A DNA stretch of 64,000 bases from Basidiobolus meristosporus CBS 931.73 (taxonomy: Eukaryota > Fungi > Basidiobolomycota): contig MCFE01000419.1 in the NCBI GenBank assembly GCA_002104905.1, positions 1-64,000 of the forward strand, read 5' to 3'. Position numbers and translations under genes: made by a program. Of the stretch, positions 39,211-52,878 are shown one piece after another (positions within the stretch are counted from its first letter, which is position 1; each line of letters starts with the position of its first letter). The notes beneath the pieces were generated by a model. The model was given only the letters and a program-made list of their open reading frames with translations, was not told where the DNA came from and made no database searches.

Positions 39211-42200
39211 TGTTGTAAGAGTCTTGGAGATATTGGAAGTGATTTGGGAGGACAAGTAGATTATGTGGTTTTCACTTAATAATTTACTGAATGTAAAAGT
39301 AGTATTTATACTTTTACATGGTGTTGGCATAGCAAACATGTAGAATAGCTTAAGGAAGGTCCTAAAAACTTGTGTGCAAAGTTTGGGGCTGTTTGGACAA
39401 CTTTGAGAATTTTCATGTTCTGGGTACCTGATATTTTAGTGAAAATATTCCAAGTAAATCCTGACAAGGAATATGGTCAGTATTCTCTAGGATTTGAAGG
39501 TAATGATCTAAGTGACTAAGTTAGGTGAACATTTAGGTGGAATTACAAACTTTACACCACTCCCACTCAGCTCAATGTTCATACTGACTTGTCCTAATTT
39601 TCACATACAATGTTCAAACTTGTCACTAGCTAATGGTTTGGTAAATATGTCTGCAATCATTTCATCTGAAGGACTGTAAACTAAGCTAAGTAAGTCATTT
39701 TCCATAGCCTCAAATATGAAATGATACTTAATACTTACGTGCTTGGTTCTAGCATGAAAAGTTGAATTTCTACCTCATTGTAAACATCCTTGATTATCTT
39801 GAAATAAAATAATAGGTGTTTTTTGACATAGGCCTAAGTCTGTAAGAAGCTTTCTTTACCACATTACTTCTCTTGTAGCTTCACAGGCTCCCACATACTC
39901 TGCCTCTGTGGTAGAAAGCGCTATGGTTGGTTGCTTTCTTGAATTCCCTGAAATTGCTCCTTGACAGTAAAGAAAGGTGTAACCTGTGGTGGATTTTCTG
40001 TATTCCAAATTTTGTCCCCAACCAGCATTCAAGTATCCCACAAATTCCTGCTCTGAATCCCAGTAATTGTATCCTAAGCAGATATCAGCAGTTCCTTTTA
40101 GGTATCTAAAAACCTGCTTAACTGATGCAATATGATCAGAACCATAGTTCTGATTATGTTGTCTGACAGTTCCCACTGAAGATGAAATATTTGGAAATGT
40201 TCCATGCATGCTATACATCAGACTGCCAACTGTATATTGATAAGAAAAGTCGGGGCTTTCAGATGGCACCAAGCTCTATGGATTTGGTTGAGTTTTGACC
40301 AAGTTAAGGTTTGTCTCCATTGGGGTAGCTGCCGGTTTACAGCCTTCCATTTTGTACTTCTTTAGTATATCCTGAGTATACTTGGATTGGCTTTGAGTGA
40401 AAATTTGGGTACTTCTGTGTATGGTGAACTTTATCCCCAAGTAGTAACAGGTTCTCCTAGATTGGACATCTTGAACTCTTTAGACAGACTGGATTTAGTC
40501 TGTTCCAATGTTTCTAGGTTATTGGTGGCTATTATAAGATCATCCATATATAGAGGTAATAGAACTGGACTTGCTCTATCTGACTTATAGGATATATTAT
40601 AGTCAGCATTACTCCTTTTGAAACTCAAAGATTCCAAATAAGAAACTATCTTGCAATTCCAGGCTCTTGCTAATTGATTGCAACCATATTGAGATTATGC
40701 AAGCTTGCAGACCACTGTCTATGGAGAACCTGGTCCCTAAGTAGTAACTGGGTTCTCCTAAGTTGGACATCTTGAACTTCTTAGATAGGCTGGATTTAGT
40801 CTGTTCCAATATTTCTAGGTTATTGGTGGCTATAATAAGGTCATCTACAAATAGAGCTAATAGAACTGGATTTGTTCTATCTGGCAAATAGTACTGACTA
40901 TGGTCAGCATTTCTCCTTTTGAAACTCAAAGATTCCAAATAAGAATCTAGCTTGCAATTCAAGGCTCTTGGTGCTTGTTTAAGACAATATAGTGACTTTT
41001 TAAGCTTGCAGACCAAATAGGGGCTGTGCTGGTCAACAAACACATCAGGCTGGTCCATTTTCATCTCCTCATCAGGTTCTCCATTCAAAATGCAGCTTTT
41101 ACATTCATTTGATGAATAAAAAACTGATATTTGGCTGCAATAGCCAATTTTAATCTGATGGAATTAAGCTTGGCAACAGGTGCAAAGGTCTCAGTACAGT
41201 CAAGTCCTTTTGTTTGAGAGTATACTTTGGCCACAAGTCTTGCTGTGTATCTTTCAAATGGACCATCAGCCTTGTATTTTGTTGTAAAGACCTATCTGTA
41301 TCCAATTGATTATTGGTTGATTGGTAATTTGACCAAGTCCCAAGTTTGATTTTCCATCAGGGCCTGATATTCCTTAGTCATTGCAGACCTCCAAAACTTT
41401 GTCTGAGGGCTATTTAAGGCCTCCTTTACAGTCTGGGGTTCATCAATATGGACTCAATAGGCATAGGCTAAGTTTGTACCCTCATTGATATTGTAATTTG
41501 GGCTCTTTCTTGTCTGGTTGGATCTCCTGGCATTTGACACTGAGCTGAGCACTTCAGGGATATTCCTGGAGACTGATTCTGGCTGAAACATACTTCTAGA
41601 GTCCCCTGGAATGAAAAAATTCTCATTATTTTGCTCTGATTCAATCCTGACAAGTGGCAAACTTGAGATCAGATTTTTGTCATCTTCTGATGTCTTTTTT
41701 TGTGAAAAATTAGAATTTTCATGATGCAGCACATTCCTGGACTTGATTGGCTTCTTTGCTGTGGTATTGTAGAGTCTGTATGCTTTACTCTCATTGCCGT
41801 AACCCAAAAGTATGTATTTTACACTTTTTGGTCCAAGTTTTGACTGATTTCCTGGCAGTTTCTTGGCAAATGCTTTACACCCAAATATTCTTAGATGTTC
41901 TGCACTTAGTCTGTACCCATACCATGCTTCAAATGGAGTAGAATCCTGAAGTACTCTAATATAACTCCTATTTTTAAGGTAAACAGCAGTGGCAACTGAT
42001 TTGACCCAAAAATCAAAGAATAATTTTTGATCATGGATCATAGATCTTGCCATATCAATTATTGTTCTGTTAGCCCATTCTGCTACTCTATTTTGCTATG
42101 GGGAGAATAGTCCAGCAGTCTCTTGCTTTATCCCATGAATTTTGCAGAAGTGGATGAAGAGTTTTGAGGTATATTTTCCACCATTGCCAGAGTGTAATAT

Positions 42201-44179
42201 CTTGATTTCTTCACTAGTTTCTCTATCTACAATGGCTTTAAGCTCCTTGACTTTAGACAGAGCTTCTTCCTTCTTCTCCATGAGGTAAACCCACATATAT
42301 CTTGTATAATTATCAATGAAAGTGATTAAATCCTTCATACCACCTAAAGATAAATTTTGCATAGGTCCACACAGATCTGAGTGAATTAGATCTAATTTTT
42401 TCTTAGTTTTGATCAACCCAGAGTTCTTGAAAGGCTGTCTGGCTTGTTTCCCATATACACAGGCATAACAATGCCCCAAATCAGCAAGGGAATCAATTAT
42501 TACTCCAGAAATTAGCTGATCTTTGATCAATTTGTGCAAATAATCAAGATTGATGTGTCCAAATCTCATGTGCTTTCTTCATTTAAGTTACTGATATTGG
42601 CTTCCAAATATGATGGAATATAAGTCAGCTTGTATAGATTCTGATCTCTAATACCCAAAGCAATATGGGTACCATTTTGATCAGTGATCCTGCATTCAGA
42701 ATTGTCAAAGCTGAAACTGAGTCCTTCTGCTCTAGCCTAGCTTACAGATAGTAGGTTCTTGGCTATTTCTGATGCATAGTGTACTTCTTTAAAAGTCAGT
42801 GTATGGCTTCATTCACTGCTCCTAAGGCTTACTTGAATAGTTCCTTCTCTCACTACATCAAGTGTTCTATTGTCACCCATGAAAACCTTCTTATTTGGAA
42901 TTTCTTGATATTAGGTAAAAAGTTCTATTTGGTATGTAAAGTGTTGAGATGCTGGAGAGTCAATATACCACATCTGAGAATCCTTGTTGCGGTCATATTT
43001 AGTGCAGATGTGAATGGTCTATCTTTGGTTGTTGCAGCATTTCCATAGTCAGGCTTCTTTTGCTGATTATCTTTCTTTTTGAGGCACCAGTCTGATGTGT
43101 GTCCTTCCTTTTGCAGTAGTTGCAAAACAGGTTGCTGTTGCCTTTGTGGGGTCCTGGGTACCTCCTTTGTTGGTAATCATTGCTTATTAAAGAATTTTTC
43201 TCTTCCTTCTTGTTGGTGCTTGATTTTCATAATTCTTCATCCAGAGGCCTTTCATATACATAATTTAAGGTCATATCCTCAGTTCTGGACTCTAGGGCTG
43301 ATACAAGGCCCTGAAACATGTCTGTCAGGCTATTCAGGATGGTAACTATCACATCTGCATCAATAATTGGTGCACCCACAGATTCCATTTCCTCCACCAG
43401 CAGGGTAATTCTGTTAATCAGATTTTTCATTTCTTCTCCTGGCAGCATCTTTGTAGTAAAAATTTTTGTCACAGATACATTTCATTAGCAGCTGCGCATG
43501 ACTGGTAGATGTCTTCTAATGGCTTCCAGGCATTCTTTGCTGTTTTTTGCTCTTAAGCATTGAATTAGCAATTTGTCTTTAGCATTGAGGCAAATGCAGT
43601 TAAAGGCACATTGTTCTTTCTTCTGGTACTTTAAGGCTTCCTCTCCCACATTTTTAGGAGGGCATTCTTCTCCCATGACAATATCCCAAAGGCCTCTTTC
43701 TTGTGGCAGCATCTTCATCTTCACCTTCCACACTTGGTAGTTAGATCCATCCGACTTTGCAGCAGAGGGAAAAATTCCAGTAATAGCTGTAGTGGACTAT
43801 GCAGAGAGTGACAGCTTGGGGCTCATAACCTGTTGTAAGAGTCTTGGAAATATTGGAAGTGACCTGGGAGGACAAGTAGATTATGTGGTTTTCACTTAAT
43901 GACTTATTGAATGTAAAAATAGTACTTATACTTTTACATGATCTTGGCATTATCAACACACAGAAGAGGTTAAAGAAGGTCTCAAGAACATGTGTGCAAA
44001 GTTTGGGGCTGTTTGGACAACTTTGAGAATTTTCATGTTCTGGAAACCTGGTACTTTGGTGAAAATATTCCAAGTAAATCCCCACAAGGAATTTAGTCAG
44101 TATTCTCTAGGATTTGAGGGTAATGATCTAAGTGACTAAGTTAGACAGATATTTAGGTGGAGTTGCAAATTTTACAACA
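39211..44179 (-). mobile_element. Full-length degenerate Ty1/copia element B, inverted inside element C
   Basis: LTRs 39211-39559 and 43831-44179 (349 bp each); TSD ATATC at 39206-39210 and 44180-44184; PBS GGTTATGAGCCC (rc of 43819-43830); PPT 39560-39573; gag, integrase, RT and RNase H fragments on the minus strand. Confidence 0.95.
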
Positions 44180-47160
44180 ATATCTGCACTAAATATAACC
44201 ACAGAAAAGGATTCTCAGATATGGTACATTGACTCTGGAGCTTCTCATCACTTTGCCCATCAAAAAGAGCTTTTTACCCACTATCAAGAAATTACAATTA
44301 AAAACGTTTTCATGGGTGACAGCAGAATGCTAGATGCGGGGGGAGAAAGAACTATCCAAGTAGACCTCAGAAGCAGTGAAGGAAGCCATACACTGACCAT
44401 TAAGGAAGTACTCTATGTACCAGAAATAGCCAAGAACCTACTATCTGTAAGCAAGGCCACTGCAGAGGAACACATTAATGGCTTTGATAATTCTGGATGC
44501 AGGATCACTGATGAGAGTGATGCCCATATTGTGTTGGGTATCAGAGATCAGAATCTACACCAGTTGACTAATATTCCATCATATCCAGAAGCTAACATAA
44601 GTAACTTCAATGAAAAACGCCAATGCTTTGGCACAGGAAATTTGGGCATATCATTTTGATTATTTGAGCAAAATGCTCAAAGATCAGCTAATTTCTGGAG
44701 TAAAATTGATCCTCCAGCTAATTTGGAGCACTGTGAAGCCTGCATATATGAGAAAAAAGCCAGACAACCATCAAGTGCTCTGGGTTAATCAAAACTAAGA
44801 AAAAATTAGATCTAATTCACTCAGATTAGTGTAGACCTATGCAAAATTTATCCTTTGGCAGGATGAAGTATTTAATCTCTTTTATTGATGATTATGCAAG
44901 ATACACATGGGTTTATTTGATGGAGAGAAAGGAAAAAGCTCTATCTAAGTTCAGGGAGTTTAAAGTCATGGTGGAGAGAGAAACTGGTGACAAAATCAAG
45001 AAAATTTGCTCAGAGAGTGGTGAGAATAAACTCAAAAGTCTTCATCCACTTCTGCAAAATTTGTGGGATACAGCAAGAGACTACTGGACTATACTCCCCA
45101 CAGCAAAATGAAGTAGCAGATGTGCAAATAGATCAATAATTGATATGGTAAGATCAATGATCCATGATCAAAATTAGCCTATGATTTTGGGTCAAATTAG
45201 TTACCACTGCTGTATACCTTAAAAATAGGAGTTAAAGAAGAGTACTTTATGATTTTACCTCACTTGAAGCATGGTGTGGAAGCAGACCAAGTGCAGAATA
45301 TCTGAGAATATTTGAGTGTACAGCATATGCAAGAAACTGCCTGGAAAGCAGTCAAATATGAGCCAAAAAGTGTAAAATGCATGTTTTTGGGCTACTGCAA
45401 TGAGGGTAAGGCATATAGACTCTACAATGCCAAAGCTAAGAAGCTGATCAAGTCCAGGCATGTGTTGTTTGATGACAACTTAAGTTTGTACAAGATATGA
45501 CATTAGATGATGACAAAATTTGATCCCAGGTTCACCAATAGTCAGGATTGAATGAGAGCAAAACAATGCAAAACTTTTCACTCCAGAGAGCTCTACAACA
45601 GTGATTCAGCCTGCATGAGTGCCCAGTAATATCCCAGAAGTGGTCATTTCAGTATCCAATGCCAGTGAATCCAATAAGACAACAAGTAGCCCAAATTACT
45701 ATAACAATGAGGGTACAAACTTAGTCTATGCCTATTCAGTCCATATTGATGAACCCCAGGCTGTAAAAGAGGCCCTAAAGAGCTGTCAGATAAGTTTTGG
45801 AGATCTGCAATGACCAAGGAATAGCAGGCCCTGATGGAAATCATACTTGGGACTTAGTCATACTACTAATCATCCAAAAATTAATCGGATGCAGATAATT
45901 CTTTGAGACAAAATAAAAGGCTGATGGTACAATTGGAAGATACAAAGCAAGACCTGAGGTCAAAGGATACTCTCAAACAAAAGAACTTGATTATACTGAG
46001 AGCTTTGCCCTGATAGCCAAGTTTAATTCCATCAGATAAATACTGGCTATAGCAGCCAAATACAGGCTTTCATTACATCAAATGGATGTAAAAGCTGCAG
46101 TTTTGAATGAGGAACTTGATGAAGACATGTATACAGACCGGCCTGATGGGCTTCTTGACCAAGATATCCCCAATCTGGTCTGCAAGCTTGCATAATCTCA
46201 ATATGGTTGCAATCAATTAGCAAGAGCCTGGAATTGCAAGATAGTTTCTTATTTGGAATCTTTGAGTTTCAAAAGGAGTAATGCTGACTATAATATATCC
46301 TATAAGTCAGATAGAGCAAGTCCAGTTCTATTACCTCTATATATGGATGATCTTATAATAGCCACCAATAACCTAGAAACATTGGAACAGACTAAATCCA
46401 GTCTGTCTAAAGAGTTCAAGATGTCCAATCTAGGAGAACCTGTTACTACTTGGGGATAAAGTTCACCATACACAGAAGTACCCAAATTTTCACTCAAAGC
46501 CAATCCAAGTATACTCAGGATATACTAAAGAAGTACCAAATGGAAGACTGCAAACCAGCAGCAACCCCAATGGAGACAAACCTTAATTTGGTCAAAACTC
46601 AACCAAATCAATAGAGTTTGGTGCCACCTGAAAGCCCAGACTTTGCTTATCAATCTATGGTTGATGATCTGAGTTATATCATGCTTGCAACATGCCCAGA
46701 TAGTGCATATTCAGTGGGAGTTGTCAACCTGCAAAATCACAACTTTGATCTGATCATATTGCAGCAGTTAAGCATATTTTTAGACGACTAAAAGGAACTG
46801 CTGATATATGCTTAAGATACAATTACAGGGATTCAGAACAGGATCTTGTGGGATACTCTGATGCTGATTGTGGACAAAGTTGAGAAGACAAAAGACCAAC
46901 CACAGAATACACCTTTCTGTAATGTCAAGGAGCAATTTCATGGAATTCAAGAAAGCAACCACTGTAGCACTTTCTACCACAGAAGCAGAGTATATAGCTG
47001 CCTGTGGGCTACAAGAGAAGCAATGTGGCTAAGAAAGCTTTTTACATATTTGGGCCTATATCACAAAATGCCTATTACTTTATTTCAGGATAATCAAGGA
47101 TGTTTACATTTGTATGTCAAAATTAGGGCAAGTCAGTATGAACATTCAGCTGAGTGGGAG

Positions 47161-47505
47161 TGTTGTAAAATTTGTAATTCCACCTAAATATTCATCTAAC
47201 TTAGTCACTTAGATCATTACCTTCAAATCCTAGAGAATACTGACCAAATTCCTTGTCAGGAATTACTTGGAATATTTTCACTACAATACAAGCATCCCAG
47301 AACATGAAAATTCTCAAAGTTGTCCAAACAGCCCCAAACTTTGCATACATGTTCATGGGATCCTCCTAAACCTATTCTGTGTCTTTTATGCCAAGGCTAT
47401 GTAAAAATATAATACTACTTTTACATTCAGTAAATCATTAAGTGAAAACCATAAAATCTACTTGTCCTTGCCATCCTTTAAAATAGCTTCAAGACTCTTA
47501 CAACA
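47161..47505 (+). repeat. Copia LTR-C (3' LTR of element C)
   Basis: TGTTG...CAACA ends; preceded by GCTGAGTGGGAG PPT; homologous to LTR-A and LTR-B. Confidence 0.9.
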
Positions 47506-47706
47506 GTTCCCACTTCTACAGCAGAGTTCTGACCCTCTGTCAACTATTGGGGTTATTTGCTTTTATTATAACTTTCCTTTTTTAGAGGTTGCTCTCCTTC
47601 CTGAAAAAATATTTCCTTATTTAGAAATTCTGAGCTCCTGTTTAACCTAAAGGGATGTGATATAAGTCTCCAAAGGGGGCTTTAGACCTAAATGGATGTT
47701 CAAAGG

Positions 47707-48093
47707 TGTGAGTACTCAATGTAGTACCCACTCTTTGCCCAAGAGTTCTCCCAAGAGTTCCCTCCAGAGTCCTACCCAAAGTCCTCCAGTACCCTCCCTA
47801 TGATTCCCCCACGCATCCTCCCCTCCTATCCCTGCCCTTATCTAGTTAGAACACTTACCATAACAGGAAGGTGTTCACACCCCTATTTTATAACACATTG
47901 TCTATTGTCTAAGCTCCCCCAAGTGATATATATATCTACCCAATTGAACCAGGAAGAACAACAAGATTTGGACGAAATAAACAGAAGTCTTTATTACCTT
48001 CCTACCTTCTATTGGAAGCTATTCTGAACCAAGTGGTACTGACTTGACCTACAAGCTCTCCCACTCACCAAGTACAGTCAGTAATAACCCACG
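47707..48093 (+). repeat. Gypsy 5' LTR
   Basis: Direct repeat of 54093-54479; starts TGTG; ends CG, against CA in the 3' copy. Confidence 0.97.
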
Positions 48094-48097
48094 TATT

Positions 48098-48106
48098 TGG
48101 TGCCGT
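48098..48106 (+). promoter_or_regulatory. Putative primer-binding site (tRNA-His-like)
   Basis: TGGTGCCGT lies 4 nt after the 5' LTR and is complementary to the usual tRNA-His 3' end (..ACGGCACCA); only 9 nt match. Confidence 0.5.
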
Positions 48107-48134
48107 CTCTGCGGAAATAAGCACAAGTGAGGTA

Positions 48135-49007
48135 ATGACTACTACAATCAAACTAAAAACATACAAGGGAAAGAAAGAGAAAGCCCTTGAGTGGTTTGAT
48201 AAGTTTAAGAGAGTTGCGGTTGATGCAGGATGGGATGACGATAAGAAAGTAAGAGAGTTTGCAAGACATATGGAAGGGTCAGCATGGCAATGGCATTATG
48301 GGTTGGAAGACGCAGTCAAAGACAACTGGGATGCACTAGAAGAAGCCTACAAGACACGCTTTCTATATGCCAAAGGATACCACTACAAAGCCCTTCTACT
48401 GTCCTTGCGGAAGAAAAGCAGAGAAAGCTATGAAGCCTACACTGAACTGTTTCTCCAACAAGTTCAATGTCTCCCAAAGGACAAAATTGCCAAACAACAG
48501 CTCATGAGGTATTACATCATGGGCTTAGACAACAGAATAAGACGTAGGGCGTCCGAAGAACAACAGGGATGTAAAACGTTGCAAGAGTTGGTTGAATGAG
48601 TACAAGGGGTCATCTTGCTATGGGGGCTACCCTATAGTGATACAAATGATCAAAGGACAGGGATCCCCCGTAAGAAAGGAAAAATTGCCTCCCCAAAAGA
48701 CCGTGAGTTAGAGGAATTACAGCGAAAGGTCCAAGAACTCTCGATCAACAATGTCCAAGAAGTCCCCAAAGAAGGTGATAAACTCTGGGAAGCTGTTGTA
48801 GATCTAAAGGCCCAGGTTCAAGTCCTGACCCAACAGATGGAACAACCGCGACGACAGTATCCATGTTATGTGTGTGGAGAAGTAGGTCACCGGGCCCATG
48901 AATGTGAAAAACGGTACGGAAGAGAAGCTGTACCGGACACAAAAGAGAAGAAGGCGTCAAAAGACAGAGTCCCTTGCCAGGAGGCCAACAGGACTCAGGC
49001 AATCTAA
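48135..49007 (+). pseudogene. Gypsy gag with CCHC zinc knuckle, one in-frame TGA
   Basis: EWFDKFKRVAVDAGWDDDKK..LEEAYKTRF; CYVCGEVGHRAHEC; TGA at 48597-48599. Confidence 0.92.
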
Positions 49008-52000
49008 GCCCTCCGGTCAGGACAATTGAAGTGCGGAAGAAGAAGCGTCAACATGATGCTTCTAGAGAGGAGGTGAAGGAACCTGTAGTAGAGGTTCCGT
49101 CAAAAGGAAAGAGCGCGGAATTAGGTGAAGAAGTACGGAATGAACCTTGGGAAGAAGTGTTAAAGCAAACAAAGAACGCTAGCACATCTTCCCATGGCCT
49201 ATTCCCCATAATGAAGGTACTAGAGCAAACCAAGGCAACCCTCCCAATAACCAATTTACTGGGACTGGCCCCGGCTCTAGTCAAGGAACTGATAGAGGGA
49301 TTGAAGGAGATAACAACCCTCCATGTCAACCAGACGGTCCTGCAAAAAGCAAATAAAGGTACATACGTAAAGGTATGTATAGAGAATAAGGAGATTCTTG
49401 CCCTTATCGACACAGGATCCTCTACGTTGATCATGTCAGAGTCATTAGCAAAACGTCTAAAACTAAATATAGTCCCCAACGACACCATTTGAGTACGGCT
49501 AGCGAATGACCAACTGGATACAACGGTAGGTGTGGTGCCTAATTGCCCCATTTGGCTAGGCAACTTGATAATACGCCAAGATGTTGTGGTCCTACCTGTT
49601 GCAGCCAACGACTTACTCATTGGCAAGAGTTGGTTTATCCAACATAAGATGGATATACTTTACAGTGCATCTGAACTCAGGTGGGATACCAAGAGTATTC
49701 CACTGATTCATATCACCGATGAGAGCGAGGCGCGTAGCAACAGTGTGACAATCAAAGAGGTGAAACCGTTGCAGTCTCCAATCATCACACAAAAGGTGAT
49801 AAAAATACCACCCGCCAGTGAGACGGTGATCTCATTAGAAACACCAATAGCTTATTCAACAAGCGGAAGAATGATAACCGCAGCGAAAGCATCCAAGCAA
49901 CTGGAAGGAATCTTGATCCCTAAAGTATGGATACCACCAAAATTTGAAACGCAAAGCCTGAAATGCTTAGTGGTTAACAACGGTTGACACACGGTGACAT
50001 TGCCTAGAGGAGTGCCATTGTTAAACTTAGAGGAAGTCGACAGAAACGACCAAGGACCACCTCCAAACAAAGAACCAGAAGAAGAACTCCCCAAACTAGA
50101 TGTGGACCCCGGTCTACCACCTACGTTACAAGACAAATTCCTAGAAGGAATACGTCCGCTTGCCCGAGTATTCTCTAAGAACCAAGTAATTGGTCATATA
50201 CCTGGGGTATATCACCAAATCCACCTTGCCAACAAATACCCCATCAAGCAAAAAGCCTATAGGAATTCAAAAATTGACACAGACTATATCAAAGAGACGA
50301 TTGAAACTTTATTAAAAGACAACATCATTACAGAGAGCCAGTCTCCGTGGGCCTCCCCCGTAGTGATAGTCCCAAAGAAAGATGGAAAGCGACGCTTTTG
50401 CATTGACTACTGGAAATTGAACGCCGTCACCCGGAAGGATGTGTATCCGCTACCTCAAATAGACAACCTCTTGGACAGATTAATTGGAGCTAAATATTTT
50501 AGCTCTCTTAACCTAATCTCCGGGTATTGGCAAGTAGAAGTAGCCCCGGAAGATTGACCCAAAACCGCTTTTATAACATTGTTTGGATTATACGAATGGA
50601 ACCGACTACCCTTTGGCTTGTGCAATGCCCCCGCTACATTCCAAAGGATGATCGACAAGGTGCTAGGAAATCTACAATGGAAATGCGCCCTTGTGTATCT
50701 AGACAACATCACAATATATTCCCCCAATGTAGAAGAACATATACACGACGTGCAACGTATCCTGACATCCCTCCTCAAGAACCAACTCAACTACATCCCA
50801 AGAAGTGCCATTTCCTGTATGCAAAATTGTTGTTCCTGGGCCACAAGATCTTGGCAGATGAAATATACCCATCTACGTCACTCCTGAAAGCCGTTCAAAA
50901 TGCACCTGCACCAAAGGACATTAATGCAGTGTTGGGATTCCTAGGATTAGCCGGCTACTATCACCGCTCTGTCAAAAACTTTGCGACAATAGCAGCCCCC
51001 CTATACGAATTGATGCAAAAGGGCCAGTGTTTTGTATGGTCGGAGCCTCAAAAGAGAGCATTAGATCAGCTGAAACATTCCCTGACGTCACCGCCAGTGT
51101 TACAATTTCCCAATTGGGATGCAAGATTTTTTATTAACTGTGATGGAAGCCTCACCGGTATAGGCGCCGTACTGGGACAATACCACCAACCCGGCAAATT
51201 CCACCCAATTGGTTACGTGAGCCGTTTGCTAAACAAACACAAACGCCACTACCCCGTTACTGAGATAGAATGTCTGGCTGTTGTTTATTCAATTAAACAA
51301 TTCCATACATACATACATGGTTGTCAATTCACGATAGTAATGGACCACTGCGCACTGGTCTGGCTGATGAAAACTAAAGACTTTACCGGCCAACTAGCAT
51401 GTCGGGCCCTACAACTACAGCAATACGACTTTGAAATAATTCACCGCGCTGGCAAGAAACACCAGGACGCAGACTTCCTCAGTTGCTATCCCGTTTGCCA
51501 AATACGTGTCAGTGATGAGTACGAGGACGTAATCTGCTTTAAAAAAAAAGGGAGGTATCCCAAACACACTGTTACAAACAAACGGAAGAGAGAATTTCGA
51601 AGGAAATGGTGTCAGTACAAAGTACAAGAATATTGACTATGGTTCCTCCAAGGACAATCCAGAGCCAAGGTACCCCCACTAGCAGCCCGTGAAGAAATCA
51701 TACAAGAAAGACATATGTCATTAGGACACGCTAACCCCCTAACGACATATAAGATGTTAAGAAAAACGTTTTATTGGCGAAAAATGATGACCAACGTTAC
51801 GAATACGTTACAAAGATGCACCACTTGCGAAAGATTCAACCGGAGTCAGAAGATAGGGACAACCGCACCAATACCGGTTGACCTGCCCTTCCACCAAGTA
51901 GGGATTGACTTCGTTGGCCCCTTTATGAAAACAAAGAAAGGAGAACAATACATAATAATTGCTACCGATTATTTCTCAAAGTGGGTAGAAGCCCAAGCCA

Positions 52001-52749
52001 TCCGCAATAAAGATCAGAAGACAACCGCCCAATTCATTCTAGAACACCTCATCTGCCAACACGGATATCCTCAGATACTCCTGTCTGACAATGGTGGTTC
52101 CTTCCTGAACAACACCGTGGCCCACCTATGCGAAATGATGGGCATGAAACAAGTCTTCACGGCCTCATATCACCCCCAGACTAACGGATTAACCAAGAGG
52201 ATGAACCAGACGTGTTGCCGCATACTGGAGAAGCTTCACTGGGAACTTCCCCAATCATGGGCCAAGCTGCTCCCACTGACACTCCTAGCAATGTGCACCA
52301 CACCAAATAAAACAACGGGTTTCTCCCCATATGAAATCCTATATGGACAAAGACCCAAGTGGCAGGAGGAAGCTGGATTGATGATGGAAGGTGTCCCCCT
52401 GACAACACATAACAACTATATAGAAAGGTTGATACACCGTATTGCCCACCTATACATAAAAGTATTCAAAAATGTTGACAAGCACCTTCCCCCTCCACCC
52501 AAAAATGAGAAACTAACAAGACAAAAGTGGAAATCAGGCAATAAGGTGTGGTACAACCAAACCGTTGCAGGCCTCAAGTTCCGCCCACAATTTACACCCC
52601 AATGGATTGGCCCATGCACCATTATCAGTTTGGACCACGGACCAAAGTACACCATCACCCTGAATAATAAGACAATCAGCAACGTAGCGCCAGCCCATCT
52701 GAAACCGTTTCATGATGATCCACCGATCATCACTGAAACCAAAGTGTGA
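48974..52749 (+). pseudogene. Gypsy pol (protease, RT, RNase H, integrase), disrupted
   Basis: ALIDTGS; SPWASPVVIVPKKDG, LPFGLCNAPATFQR, VYLDN (for YLDD); RNase H CDGS..GIGAVL; integrase H..LGH..CTTC, VGIDF, SDNG, YHPQTNG; four in-frame TGAs plus one frameshift near 50790. Confidence 0.95.
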
Positions 52750-52878
52750 TTAAACAATTATCAGGACAAGGATAGAGGAAGACATGGGATACATTCGAAG
52801 TTTATTAGAGGAGATTTTAGTCAATATAGGTACAAATAATATGCGCAAGGGAGTTCGCCCAAAGGGGAGAACAAAAGA

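Larger units (their letters stand above)
38939..47505 (+). mobile_element. Degenerate Ty1/copia host element C (mid-gag to 3' LTR), interrupted by element B
   Basis: gag DLTLNYIHGRPLDEEL at 38939; resumes at 44185 (WYIDSGASHH); integrase, RT (LYMDDL) and RNase H remnants; PPT then 3' LTR at 47161-47505. Confidence 0.88.

Noticed and set aside
33800-47500. Classical Neurospora-type RIP (CpA to TpA)
   Set aside because: CA/TG dinucleotides are abundant and CG is the missing one, pointing to CpG methylation-deamination.
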